NCBI GenBank assembly: GCA_045661245.1
Contig: JAZRFH010000002.1
Coordinates: 655 to 64,654, forward strand
Source: Eubacteriales bacterium
GTDB lineage: Bacteria > Bacillota > Clostridia > Oscillospirales > CAG-272
DNA: 64,000 bases
Direction of reading: 5' to 3'
Shown here: positions 54,921-63,540 of the stretch, piece after piece
How positions within the stretch are numbered: the first letter of the stretch is position 1
Layout of the letters: the number at the start of each line of letters is the position of its first letter
Position numbers and translations under genes: made by a program
The notes under the pieces: model-generated
Databases searched by the model: none
Told to the model about the DNA's origin: nothing
What the model saw: only the letters and a program-made list of their open reading frames with translations

Positions 54921-54965
54921 CCCCGTAAGGCTCGCCAAAGAATAAGGCAAAGGGTGCTTACGGGG
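54921..54965 (-). terminator. Intrinsic terminator of the RNase III-like gene
   Basis: A 9-bp stem pairs ccccgtaag with cttacgggg, starting 6 nt after the stop. TTTTTA follows on the minus strand. Confidence 0.65.
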
Positions 54966-54971
54966 TATATT

Positions 54972-56066
54972 TTATTTTTTATTTGATTTTGCTTTAAGCT
55001 CTTTGATTACAAGAAGTGCTGACATCTCGCGTGCCAGCTTGCGGTCGGGTGCCGTGCCTGTTGCTTTAATGCCGAGATAGCTGCATTCAACGCGGTATTC
55101 GGTAACGCCTTTTTGAAGTTCAGCTTCACCGAGGTCGCGAAAGCGGGGCAATGGTGCCTTAGCAGAAAGGGCAATATCCTTTAGTTTTTTTGCTGAGCCG
55201 GTAGGGTCGGGCAGTGGGTTATCCGCTTTTTTTGCCTGTGCTTTATGTTGTGTATTTTTTGCGGTAGGTGCTACCCGTGTTGCGTTTTTGTTGGATATTT
55301 GCGGCTTATCCTCGCGTTTTTTTAATATTTCTAGTGCTGCTCTAGCACACTCGGTGTCTGCCGCCTTTAAGTTCTTGCCGCTGCCCTCGGCTATTTTCTC
55401 ACCGCCAATATATACTGCTCTGTGATATACCTTTTTATGGTCGGGGCCTGACTCTGAGAGGGTTTTGTATTCGGGGGCGGGTAGCCTGCGCTTTTTATCC
55501 GCACACCATTCCTGCAGCTCACCCTTGGCGCTTCCCGTAGCTCTGCCCTCGCTCTTATATACGCTCATATCAAGCATTTTTCCGACAGCGCCCATAACCT
55601 TAGCCATATCAAGGCCCGAGTCAATATAGATAGCACCTATAATACTCTCAAAAAGGTCTTCCATAACAGAGGGTTCTTTGGCTATACCGAGCTTTGAGTC
55701 ACCCTCGCCCATAATAAGATACCTCTCAAGACCCAGCGCGGCAGTGCTTATTGACAAATTACGCTTGTCGGAAAGCTTAGATTTAATATTTGAAAAATCA
55801 CCCTCGCCAAGCTCTGTTTTGATACCGTACTCATACCTCTCGGTTAGGTCGGAGAGCAGGCTCGTTATAATGCTAATTGATAAAACTCCGTCACCGATAA
55901 ACTCAAGTACCTCGTTTGATTGTGGGGACGGACCCCTTTTGCTCTTATGCTCGTTGCAAAAGCTTGTGCGTGTAAAGCTTTGTGTCAGCAGGGATTTATC
56001 CTTAAATACGTAGCCTATTTTACCTTCAATTTCTGAAATATGACGTGAAAAATTTTTAATATTCAT
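54972..56066 (-). CDS. Ribonuclease III family protein with one canonical dsRBD and a second dsRBD-like domain
   Basis: 364 aa. It has the RNase III signature NEVLEFIGDGVL and the catalytic block MEDLFESIIGA. dsRBD1 (aa 179-249) carries SGPDHKKVY and GSGKNLKAADTECARAAL. A Lys-rich linker follows. The second domain (aa 291-357) reads TEYRVECSYLGIKATGTAPDRKLAREMSALL. Confidence 0.8.
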   Translation of the reverse strand: MNIKNFSRHISEIEGKIGYVFKDKSLLTQSFTRTSFCNEHKSKRGPSPQSNEVLEFIGDGVLSISIITSLLSDLTERYEYGIKTELGEGDFSNIKSKLSDKRNLSISTAALGLERYLIMGEGDSKLGIAKEPSVMEDLFESIIGAIYIDSGLDMAKVMGAVGKMLDMSVYKSEGRATGSAKGELQEWCADKKRRLPAPEYKTLSESGPDHKKVYHRAVYIGGEKIAEGSGKNLKAADTECARAALEILKKREDKPQISNKNATRVAPTAKNTQHKAQAKKADNPLPDPTGSAKKLKDIALSAKAPLPRFRDLGEAELQKGVTEYRVECSYLGIKATGTAPDRKLAREMSALLVIKELKAKSNKK

Positions 56067-56402
56067 ATTAACTCCCCGTCGGGTAGTCTATATTCTGCAT
56101 ATAAAAAGCCTTATGCGGAATATGGAATATCCGACTAAATTTTATACAAGATAATTATACCATTCATTTAAGCTATTTGTCAAGTACGCATATTTCCTTC
56201 TCCGCTTTTTGAACTTTACCATCAGAATTTGAGTCAAATAGCTTAAAAATGTAAATAATAGTAGTCAAAAACTAATTAAAATAAACCAATCTTGATGTTA
56301 AAACAAGAGCTTAGAGAGCGGCATCTTCACATTGCTCCTTTAAATCCACGACCTTAAATCGGATTTTGAGGAAGCTTTATGAGTGCAAGTGTCTGCCAAG
56401 AG

Positions 56403-56431
56403 TTGACAAAATAACAAAATAATGTTATTAT
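56403..56431 (+). promoter_or_regulatory. Sigma-A promoter of the glycan gene pair
   Basis: TTGACA at 56403-56408, a 17-nt spacer, and an extended -10 TGtTATTAT at 56423-56431. This placement argues that the ORF-track ATG at 56422 is not the real start. Confidence 0.5.
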
Positions 56432-56505
56432 ATACTTTAGCGCTCGCGTACACGCATATGCGTTTTGAGCTCTATACGCTCTCTTCTTTTGTTTTTGGAG
56501 TTTTT

Positions 56506-59076
56506 ATGTACAGAGCTAAGGGCGCACAGCTTTTTGTGATACTGCAATTTGTCAGCGACGTTTTTATAAGCTTTATATCGGCACTTGCCTCGTATATTAT
56601 TACCCTTGCCGCAGTTGGCGAGGGCGGCGCGCCGGCAATTGAGTCGTCTAAGCTGATGCTCGGCATTTTTACAGCGGTGCTTATGCAATCCTTTTTATTT
56701 ATGGCGGCAAGCGGCTACCTTAATATACGGGGCGGCGCACACAGATATTTACGCACGCTTTCGCTGAATCTGCCGTTTTTTATGCTTGCAACCCTCGGGG
56801 CTTATATAGTGTCTGATGGCGGCAGTATGCGATTTATATACTTTTGGATTATTGCGTCATTTATCGTAAGCTCTGCGATGCTGCTTTTGAAAATGGCAGT
56901 AACGTCAAAGCTTATGGCTGCTATTGATAGGTACGCATACAGCCTCTCTCGGGTTATTATAGTCGGTGATAATAGGGAGAGTGCAGGCAAGCTTGCAAAA
57001 GAGATTGCGCGCAGCGCCTCTTCAAGTATGATGCTTATAGGTTGTGTCAGCAAAAATCCTTTAGACGTTGTTGGGTGTGAGAGGCTTGGCAATCCCTCGG
57101 ATTTAGAGAATATACTTGATAAGCATAGACCGACTCACGTGGTTTTTGCACCTGATTCGTTTGACAGAAAAGAAATTATCGGTCTTGTCAATCTATGCAC
57201 AGACAGGTGCGTTAAGGTGTATTTTTTACCTGTTATATACGATTATTTCAGGTCTGTCAGGCAAATTGAGCAAATCGGTAGTATACCGCTTATAAACGCG
57301 CACGCAAACCCGCTTGACGATAGATTAAGTGCGGCAGTAAAGCGCCTTTTTGACCTTTTCGGCTCGCTAATTCTGATATTCGTTACCTTGCCCTTGATGT
57401 TATTTGTTGCGGTTGGCGTTTATCTATCCTCACCCGGCCCTATTCTCTTTCGTCAAAAGCGTGTAGGTAAAATGGGTAAGGAGTTTACTATGCTCAAATT
57501 TCGCTCAATGAGGGTAAACTCTAAGTCAGACAGTGCCTGGTCAAATAGCAGTGACGACAGAAAAACAAAATTCGGTGCATTTATAAGGCGCACCTCACTT
57601 GACGAGCTGCCACAGCTTTTCAACGTGCTGGCAGGGCAGATGTCACTTGTCGGTCCGCGCCCTGAGATACCATATTTAGTTGATTATTTCAAAGACAGAA
57701 TACCGCTTTATATGGTAAAGCATTACGTAAAGCCGGGTGTTACGGGTCTGTCGCAGGTCAGGGGCTTGCGCGGTGATACCTCTGTTGAAAAGAGGATTAA
57801 CACCGATATCGAATATATTGAAAATTGGTCGCTTTGGCTTGACCTGACTATACTTTTATATACGCCGATAAGGTTGCTTAATAAGCAGGAGCGGTACGTT
57901 AAGCCAAGTCATAAGGATATAGAAAACGTCACACGGAGAGCATCTTTTAGAGGTAGTGGCGCAAAGGCAGAGCATAGGCTTGACACAGAGCATATACGGG
58001 GGAGAATTCTTTACGTAGCCTCTACCGTGTCGCATATAAACAGCTTTCACACCGAGTATATAGAGGCCTTAAGGTGTGATGGATATGACGTTTATACTCT
58101 TGCGCGCGGTGACGGTGCGGATTATAATATTCCGTTCGATAAAAGTATGCTTTCTGCACAAAACAGAGCCTGCCGTGCCGAGATTAAAAAGATTATACGC
58201 CAAGGTGGCTTTGACGCTATGGTGCTCAATACCTCACTTGCCGCCTTTCATACAAGGCTTGCTCTATCAAAAAAAGGTAGACCGAGGGTTGTAAATATAG
58301 TACATGGGTACCTTTTTTCGCCGGTAGTGCCTCTTTTTCGCCGAATACTCCTCTTGTGTGCTGAGAGGCTTGTAGCTTCACGCACAGACTGTATAGTAGT
58401 TATGAATGAAGAGGATAGAAAAGCAGCAATCAAATATAAGCTCACGCGCGGCAGGGTGATAATGTGCCGCGGTATGGGTGCTAAGGCGCGCCCGATTTTA
58501 ACAAGCCCCGAGAGGATAAGACTTGACACGGGGGCAGAGAATAAGTTCGTTATGGCGTTTGTCGGTGAGCTTTCCGAGAGAAAAAATCAGCGTTTTCTTA
58601 TCTATGCTATGAACGAAATCAAGGAAAAAATACCCGAGGCCGAGCTTTGGCTGATAGGTGACGGGCCGCGTGAAAATGAGCTGCGCGAGCTTGCGCGCTC
58701 TGTTGACCTTACCGGCTCTGTAAAGTTCTTTGGCAGGCGAGAGGATGCGTGCGATTTTATGCGTGCGTGTGACCTATACGTAAGTGCCGCTACTGTAGAG
58801 GGCATGCCGTTTAATATAATCGAGGCTATGGGGTGCGGCAAAACCGTGCTTGCCTCGGCAGTTAAAGGCCACACGGATATAATCGAAGAGGGCAAATCGG
58901 GCTTTCTTTTTAAGTACGGTGACACCCGTGAATTTGTAGATAAGGCAGTTGCTATTTACAAGGGTGAAGAGAGGCTCTCTGTATCCGATATTTACGCAAG
59001 ATACCTTGACTATAGCCGTGAAAGGGTGTTCCCCGAAACCTATCGTTTGATAAAGGAAGCGATAGAGAATGATTAA
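56506..59076 (+). CDS. Fusion of a polyprenyl-phosphate glycosylphosphotransferase (WcaJ/EpsL-like, large PGT) to a GT4 (group 1) glycosyltransferase
   Basis: The N-terminus has TM helices, then the bacterial sugar transferase domain KRLFDLFGS...FRQKRVGK...LKFRSM...DELPQLFNVLAGQMSLVGPRPE. From about 58000 a GT4-like domain follows with FVGELSERKN...EGMPFNIIEAMGCGK. ATG 56506 follows a ggag RBS. Confidence 0.8.
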   Translation: MYRAKGAQLFVILQFVSDVFISFISALASYIITLAAVGEGGAPAIESSKLMLGIFTAVLMQSFLFMAASGYLNIRGGAHRYLRTLSLNLPFFMLATLGAYIVSDGGSMRFIYFWIIASFIVSSAMLLLKMAVTSKLMAAIDRYAYSLSRVIIVGDNRESAGKLAKEIARSASSSMMLIGCVSKNPLDVVGCERLGNPSDLENILDKHRPTHVVFAPDSFDRKEIIGLVNLCTDRCVKVYFLPVIYDYFRSVRQIEQIGSIPLINAHANPLDDRLSAAVKRLFDLFGSLILIFVTLPLMLFVAVGVYLSSPGPILFRQKRVGKMGKEFTMLKFRSMRVNSKSDSAWSNSSDDRKTKFGAFIRRTSLDELPQLFNVLAGQMSLVGPRPEIPYLVDYFKDRIPLYMVKHYVKPGVTGLSQVRGLRGDTSVEKRINTDIEYIENWSLWLDLTILLYTPIRLLNKQERYVKPSHKDIENVTRRASFRGSGAKAEHRLDTEHIRGRILYVASTVSHINSFHTEYIEALRCDGYDVYTLARGDGADYNIPFDKSMLSAQNRACRAEIKKIIRQGGFDAMVLNTSLAAFHTRLALSKKGRPRVVNIVHGYLFSPVVPLFRRILLLCAERLVASRTDCIVVMNEEDRKAAIKYKLTRGRVIMCRGMGAKARPILTSPERIRLDTGAENKFVMAFVGELSERKNQRFLIYAMNEIKEKIPEAELWLIGDGPRENELRELARSVDLTGSVKFFGRREDACDFMRACDLYVSAATVEGMPFNIIEAMGCGKTVLASAVKGHTDIIEEGKSGFLFKYGDTREFVDKAVAIYKGEERLSVSDIYARYLDYSRERVFPETYRLIKEAIEND

Positions 59077-60430
59077 AGAGAAATTTATTTTACCCGTAAG
59101 GGATATAATATCACGCCTTTATCTTAGTGCTTATTACCCTGTGCTTGTGGGTGCGCTCGTCTTTTTTGCGCACGCGTTTGGCATAGAGCTTTACCTTGGC
59201 TGTATAAATATCGTATTAACCTCTTTGGGGCTTTTGTTTACGGGCAGGGCGCGGCCGCTTATATTTTTCACCGTCAGCTTTGCATATCAGATTTCGCGCA
59301 CAAATTCTCCCGGTATACCAAATCCGAGTGACTATTATTTCAGCTCGTGGCGCTTACCCGTCTTTATTGCGCTTGTTGCACTTTTTCTTATATCGGTTTC
59401 GGTTTATTCTGTGCGGGCGCGTCTTTTTGAGAATGCTCGGCTTTTAACACCGCTATTGTTGCCTATATCTTTACTTTCTTCGGCTTTTATTTTGAACGGC
59501 GCATTTTCGGATAGGTGGAGTGCTAAGAGCCTTGTTTTCGGCATCTTAGAGGTGCTTTGCTTCTCTGTAATTTTTATCTTTTTCTATCTCGCCTTGCTTC
59601 GCGAAAAAGAGGGGCTTGTAGATTATTTGACTTATTGCCTTGCCGCCGTGGCTGTCGTTATTTGCCTTGAGGTCCTGTGGTGCTATCTTGTCACAGATAA
59701 CCCCGCAAAGGAAAATATCGTTTTCGGCTGGGGCATATGGAATACCGCGGGTGCGTCGCTCACCATACTGCTCCCGGCTCTGCTTTACGGCTTTGCCGTT
59801 CGTGACCGCCGTTATTTGCCGGTTTTTACTCTCACCTTTTTATGCGCGATGCTCACACAGTCGCGTAATGCTCAGCTTTTCGGCATCTTAATAACCGTGC
59901 TATGTCTTTTTGTATTTGTGCTTTACGGAAAAAAGCGAGCCTTTGCGTGTTTTTCTTTAGTATTAGCGGCTTTTGCGGCTGTTTTAATATTTTTGGCTCT
60001 CGGGGATTTGGCAGCGGAATTTTTAACTCGGTTTTTTGACGACAACGGCAGAATAAAGCTCTGGCGTATGGGTATTGATAATTTTCTCTCTGCACCCATA
60101 TTCGGCGTCGGATTTTTCGGTGCGGATTTCGGCACCTTCTTTACCGCTGACTTTTTGCCTACGATGGCGCATAACACCTTTATCCAGCTGCTCTCTTCTA
60201 TGGGGCTATACGGGCTTTTTGCATATCTTTTTTACAGGGGTGCGACGCTCGTGCCGTTTATAAAAAAGCATTCGTTCTCAAAAACGATGCTCGGTCTATG
60301 CTGTCTTGTATTTTTACTTGAAAGCTTGCTTGACAATTTTGTATTCTTCTTTTTGCCGACTCTGCAATACACCGTTATTCTGGCATCAATTTATGCTACA
60401 GACACAGCGGGGCGGAAAAATTATCTTTGA
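59069..60430 (+). CDS. O-antigen ligase/polymerase (Wzy_C) family membrane protein
   Basis: 453 aa with about 10-12 TM helices and the Wzy_C-type motif TMAHNTFIQLLSSMGLYG. It overlaps the upstream stop by 8 nt. Confidence 0.7.
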   Translation: MIKEKFILPVRDIISRLYLSAYYPVLVGALVFFAHAFGIELYLGCINIVLTSLGLLFTGRARPLIFFTVSFAYQISRTNSPGIPNPSDYYFSSWRLPVFIALVALFLISVSVYSVRARLFENARLLTPLLLPISLLSSAFILNGAFSDRWSAKSLVFGILEVLCFSVIFIFFYLALLREKEGLVDYLTYCLAAVAVVICLEVLWCYLVTDNPAKENIVFGWGIWNTAGASLTILLPALLYGFAVRDRRYLPVFTLTFLCAMLTQSRNAQLFGILITVLCLFVFVLYGKKRAFACFSLVLAAFAAVLIFLALGDLAAEFLTRFFDDNGRIKLWRMGIDNFLSAPIFGVGFFGADFGTFFTADFLPTMAHNTFIQLLSSMGLYGLFAYLFYRGATLVPFIKKHSFSKTMLGLCCLVFLLESLLDNFVFFFLPTLQYTVILASIYATDTAGRKNYL

Positions 60431-60441
60431 AAGGAATAGGT

Positions 60442-62049
60442 ATGTCCGATTTAATCACTTCTATGCACAACGAAATAAAAAGGAGGCGCACCTTTGCGAT
60501 AATCTCGCACCCCGACGCAGGTAAAACAACGCTTACAGAGAAATTCCTGCTCTACGGCGGTGCTATTCAAAGTGCGGGCTCTGTAAAGGGTAAGCAGTCT
60601 GATAAGCACGCGGTTTCCGACTGGATGGATATTGAAAAGCAAAGAGGTATCTCTATCACCTCGTCTGTTATGCAGTTTGAGTATAACGGCTACTGCATCA
60701 ATATTCTTGACACGCCCGGCCACCAGGACTTCTCTGAGGATACCTACAGAACGCTTATGGCGGCTGACAGCGCGGTAATGGTTATAGACGCCGCAAAGGG
60801 TATTGAGCCGCAGACTCGTAAGCTCTTTAAGGTCTGCGCTATGCGCGATATTCCTATTTTTACCTTTATAAACAAGCTTGACCGTGAGGCTAAGGACCCG
60901 TTTGATTTGCTTGACGAACTCGAGAGCGAGTTCGGTATCGGCACCTATCCTATGAACTGGCCAATCGGCTGCGGTCAGAAGTTCCGCGGAGTTTATGACA
61001 GAAACGAAAGGCAAATACTTTTCTTTGACGACGCGCACAGGGGCCGTGAGCTTATACACGGAGTAAAGTGCGATATTACCGAAACAGAAAAGCTTGACGG
61101 GCTTATCGGTGAGAATATGCGCGAGGAGCTTGTTGAACAGATTGAGCTGCTTGACGGTGCGTCGTTTGACTTTGACCTTGAAAAGGTAAGGCACGGTAAG
61201 CTCTCGCCTGTATTCTTCGGCTCGGCTCTTAATAACTTCGGAATAGAGCCATTCCTTGAGCATTTCCTTGAAATGACTACCTCGCCACTGCCGAGATTTG
61301 CAGAGGGTGAGCTTATAGACCCGTTTGACGATAAATTCACTGCATTCGTATTCAAGATACAGGCGAATATGAATAAGGCGCACAGAGATAGAATTGCATT
61401 TATGCGTATCTGCTCGGGCAAGTTTGAGCGCGGGCGCGACTACTACCACGTTCAGGGTGCAAAATCCTTCCGCCTCTCCCAGCCTCAGCAAATGATGGCA
61501 GATGCCCGTGAGGTTATAGACGAGGCGTATGCGGGAGATATAATCGGCGTATTTGACCCCGGTATTTTCTCTATAGGCGACACTGTGTGCGAGAAGGGTG
61601 AAAAAACGCGCTTTGAGGGTATACCCACCTTTGCGCCCGAGCACTTTGCTATGGTAGAGCAGGTGGACTCTATGAAGCGTAAGCAGTTTGCCAAGGGTAT
61701 GAACCAGATAGCACAAGAGGGTGCGATACAGATATTCTTTGAGCCGAACTCGGGTCTTGAAAGAGTAATCGTCGGTGTTGTAGGCGTATTGCAGTTCGAG
61801 GTGCTTGAGCACAGACTCAAGAGTGAGTACGGCTGTGACCTCAGGCGCACGAATCTTAACTATCAGCAAATACGCTGGATTGATAACGAGGGGCTTGACC
61901 CCAAAACGCTTAAGCTCTCGCACGATACGAAATGGGTGCAGGACTTCAGAGGTAAAAATCTGCTTATTTTCACCAGTGAGTGGAGTATTCGCTGGGTGCT
62001 TGAGGATAACCCCGAGCTTAAGCTTTCCGAATTCAGTAAGAATGATTGA
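60442..62049 (+). CDS. prfC: Peptide chain release factor 3
   Basis: The motifs RRTFAIISHPDAGKTTLTEK, DTPGHQDF and NKLD, and the overall RF3 length, all fit. ATG 60442 follows an aaggaa RBS. Confidence 0.95.
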   Translation: MSDLITSMHNEIKRRRTFAIISHPDAGKTTLTEKFLLYGGAIQSAGSVKGKQSDKHAVSDWMDIEKQRGISITSSVMQFEYNGYCINILDTPGHQDFSEDTYRTLMAADSAVMVIDAAKGIEPQTRKLFKVCAMRDIPIFTFINKLDREAKDPFDLLDELESEFGIGTYPMNWPIGCGQKFRGVYDRNERQILFFDDAHRGRELIHGVKCDITETEKLDGLIGENMREELVEQIELLDGASFDFDLEKVRHGKLSPVFFGSALNNFGIEPFLEHFLEMTTSPLPRFAEGELIDPFDDKFTAFVFKIQANMNKAHRDRIAFMRICSGKFERGRDYYHVQGAKSFRLSQPQQMMADAREVIDEAYAGDIIGVFDPGIFSIGDTVCEKGEKTRFEGIPTFAPEHFAMVEQVDSMKRKQFAKGMNQIAQEGAIQIFFEPNSGLERVIVGVVGVLQFEVLEHRLKSEYGCDLRRTNLNYQQIRWIDNEGLDPKTLKLSHDTKWVQDFRGKNLLIFTSEWSIRWVLEDNPELKLSEFSKND

Positions 62050-62058
62050 GTGACAGAT

Positions 62059-62775
62059 ATGAGAATGAGAAAAAAGAAGCACGGTATGGAAAGACTGCAA
62101 GAGTGCCGTGAATATATTTATACACACACGGGTGAGCCGCTTTCTGACCCTGCAGGCGAGGTTTTCGGTGTAACAGACCGCCCCGTGTATCTTGAAATAG
62201 GCGCTGGCAAGGGCGGCTTTGCAACGGGTATGGTAAAGCAAAATCCCGACGTTTGCTACTTTGCTATGGAGAGAGTTACAGACTGTGTCGTTCTTGCTTC
62301 CGAGAGGGCGCAGGCCGAGGGTGCATCAGGCTCGCTCCGGTTTATTATCGATACGGCAGATAATCTCACTAAGATTTTTGCCCCCGGCACCGTTGACCGA
62401 ATATTCCTAAATTTCTCCGACCCGTGGAGCAAAAAGGGTTACGCAAAGCGCCGCCTCACCCACAGAAGGTACCTTGCGGTTTATATGAATTTACTTAAAG
62501 AGGGCGGCAAGCTGACCTTCAAGACCGATAACGTTGGCCTTTTTGATTTTACGCTTGAGGAGCTTTCGGCGTGCTCTATACCGCTTGATAAGCTGACACG
62601 GGATTTACACGCCTCAGAATGGAACGAGGGTAACGTTGTTACCGAATACGAGGCAAGCTTTTCCTCTCAGGGTGTGCCAATCAATATGCTTGAGGTTACA
62701 AGACCTGATAAGGTAGAGCTTGAAATTGCGCCCGAGCTTTCGCGCGACAGAGTAGTTTACAAAAGGCAGGAATAA
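62059..62775 (+). CDS. trmB: tRNA (guanine46-N7)-methyltransferase
   Basis: It has the SAM motif LEIGAGKGGF and the TrmB motif FSDPWSKKGYAKRRL. Confidence 0.9.
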   Translation: MRMRKKKHGMERLQECREYIYTHTGEPLSDPAGEVFGVTDRPVYLEIGAGKGGFATGMVKQNPDVCYFAMERVTDCVVLASERAQAEGASGSLRFIIDTADNLTKIFAPGTVDRIFLNFSDPWSKKGYAKRRLTHRRYLAVYMNLLKEGGKLTFKTDNVGLFDFTLEELSACSIPLDKLTRDLHASEWNEGNVVTEYEASFSSQGVPINMLEVTRPDKVELEIAPELSRDRVVYKRQE

Positions 62776-62781
62776 TTTCTT

Positions 62782-63540
62782 ATGAACGAAGACTCCTTGA
62801 TACATCAGGGTCACAGGTCGCGTATGCGTGACAAGCTCTCCCTACACGGTGCAAGGATTTTTGACACCTACGAGCTGCTTGAAATGCTCCTATATCTGGC
62901 AATACCCTGTAAGGATACAAACCCGATAGCAAAGCGCCTGCTCAAAAAATTCGGCTCGCTTGAAGGAGTGCTTAGTGCCGATGCGTGTGAAATTATGACG
63001 GTTGAAGGCGTCGGTAAGCGTGCATCAGAGCTGCTTTCGGTTGTGGGTCGATACAAAGAGGCGCTTGAATACACAAAGGAAAATAAAGGCGGCCTTACCT
63101 TTGACAATTTTCATAAGGCAGGCAAATACATAGTCGATTACTTCGGGGCGAATGAGAGTGAAACGGTTGCCGTTCTGCTCCTTGACAACGGTATGCGTAT
63201 GCTATCGCTTGAAACTATAAAATGCAAGCATTTCGGCACTGCCGCAGTTAAGCCGAGATTCTTTCTTGACGCGGTGGCGCGCACGGGTGCCGGTAACGTT
63301 ATAATTGCCTGCAACCACAAATACGGCGCGCTCTTTATGACCGACTCGGAGCTTGCAAGCTATAAAAGTGTAAAAATGGCGCTTGACGACATAAAGGTGC
63401 CCGTTGCGGCAAGCTATATAGTGTCCGGTAACCGATATACACGTATAGGCTCCGACCTGCGCGCGACCTTCTCGGCACCGAGTGCGGAGTATGAGAGCTT
63501 TGTCGGCAGTATAAGAGAGGGGGTATTTACCGTTGAATAA
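62782..63540 (+). CDS. RadC-like (UPF0758) protein with a degenerate JAMM/MPN motif
   Basis: The N-terminal helix-hairpin-helix part reads KRLLKKFGSLEGVL...VEGVGKRASELL. The C-terminal MPN fold reads ACNHKYG where HNHPSG is expected. Confidence 0.7.
   Translation: MNEDSLIHQGHRSRMRDKLSLHGARIFDTYELLEMLLYLAIPCKDTNPIAKRLLKKFGSLEGVLSADACEIMTVEGVGKRASELLSVVGRYKEALEYTKENKGGLTFDNFHKAGKYIVDYFGANESETVAVLLLDNGMRMLSLETIKCKHFGTAAVKPRFFLDAVARTGAGNVIIACNHKYGALFMTDSELASYKSVKMALDDIKVPVAASYIVSGNRYTRIGSDLRATFSAPSAEYESFVGSIREGVFTVE

Noticed and set aside
60451-62241. A very long (596-aa) ORF on the minus strand
   Set aside because: It lies entirely antisense to the unmistakable prfC and the start of trmB.
Its translation is low-complexity (rich in L, R, K and V) with no recognisable motif and no RBS.
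This is a typical shadow ORF caused by codon bias.
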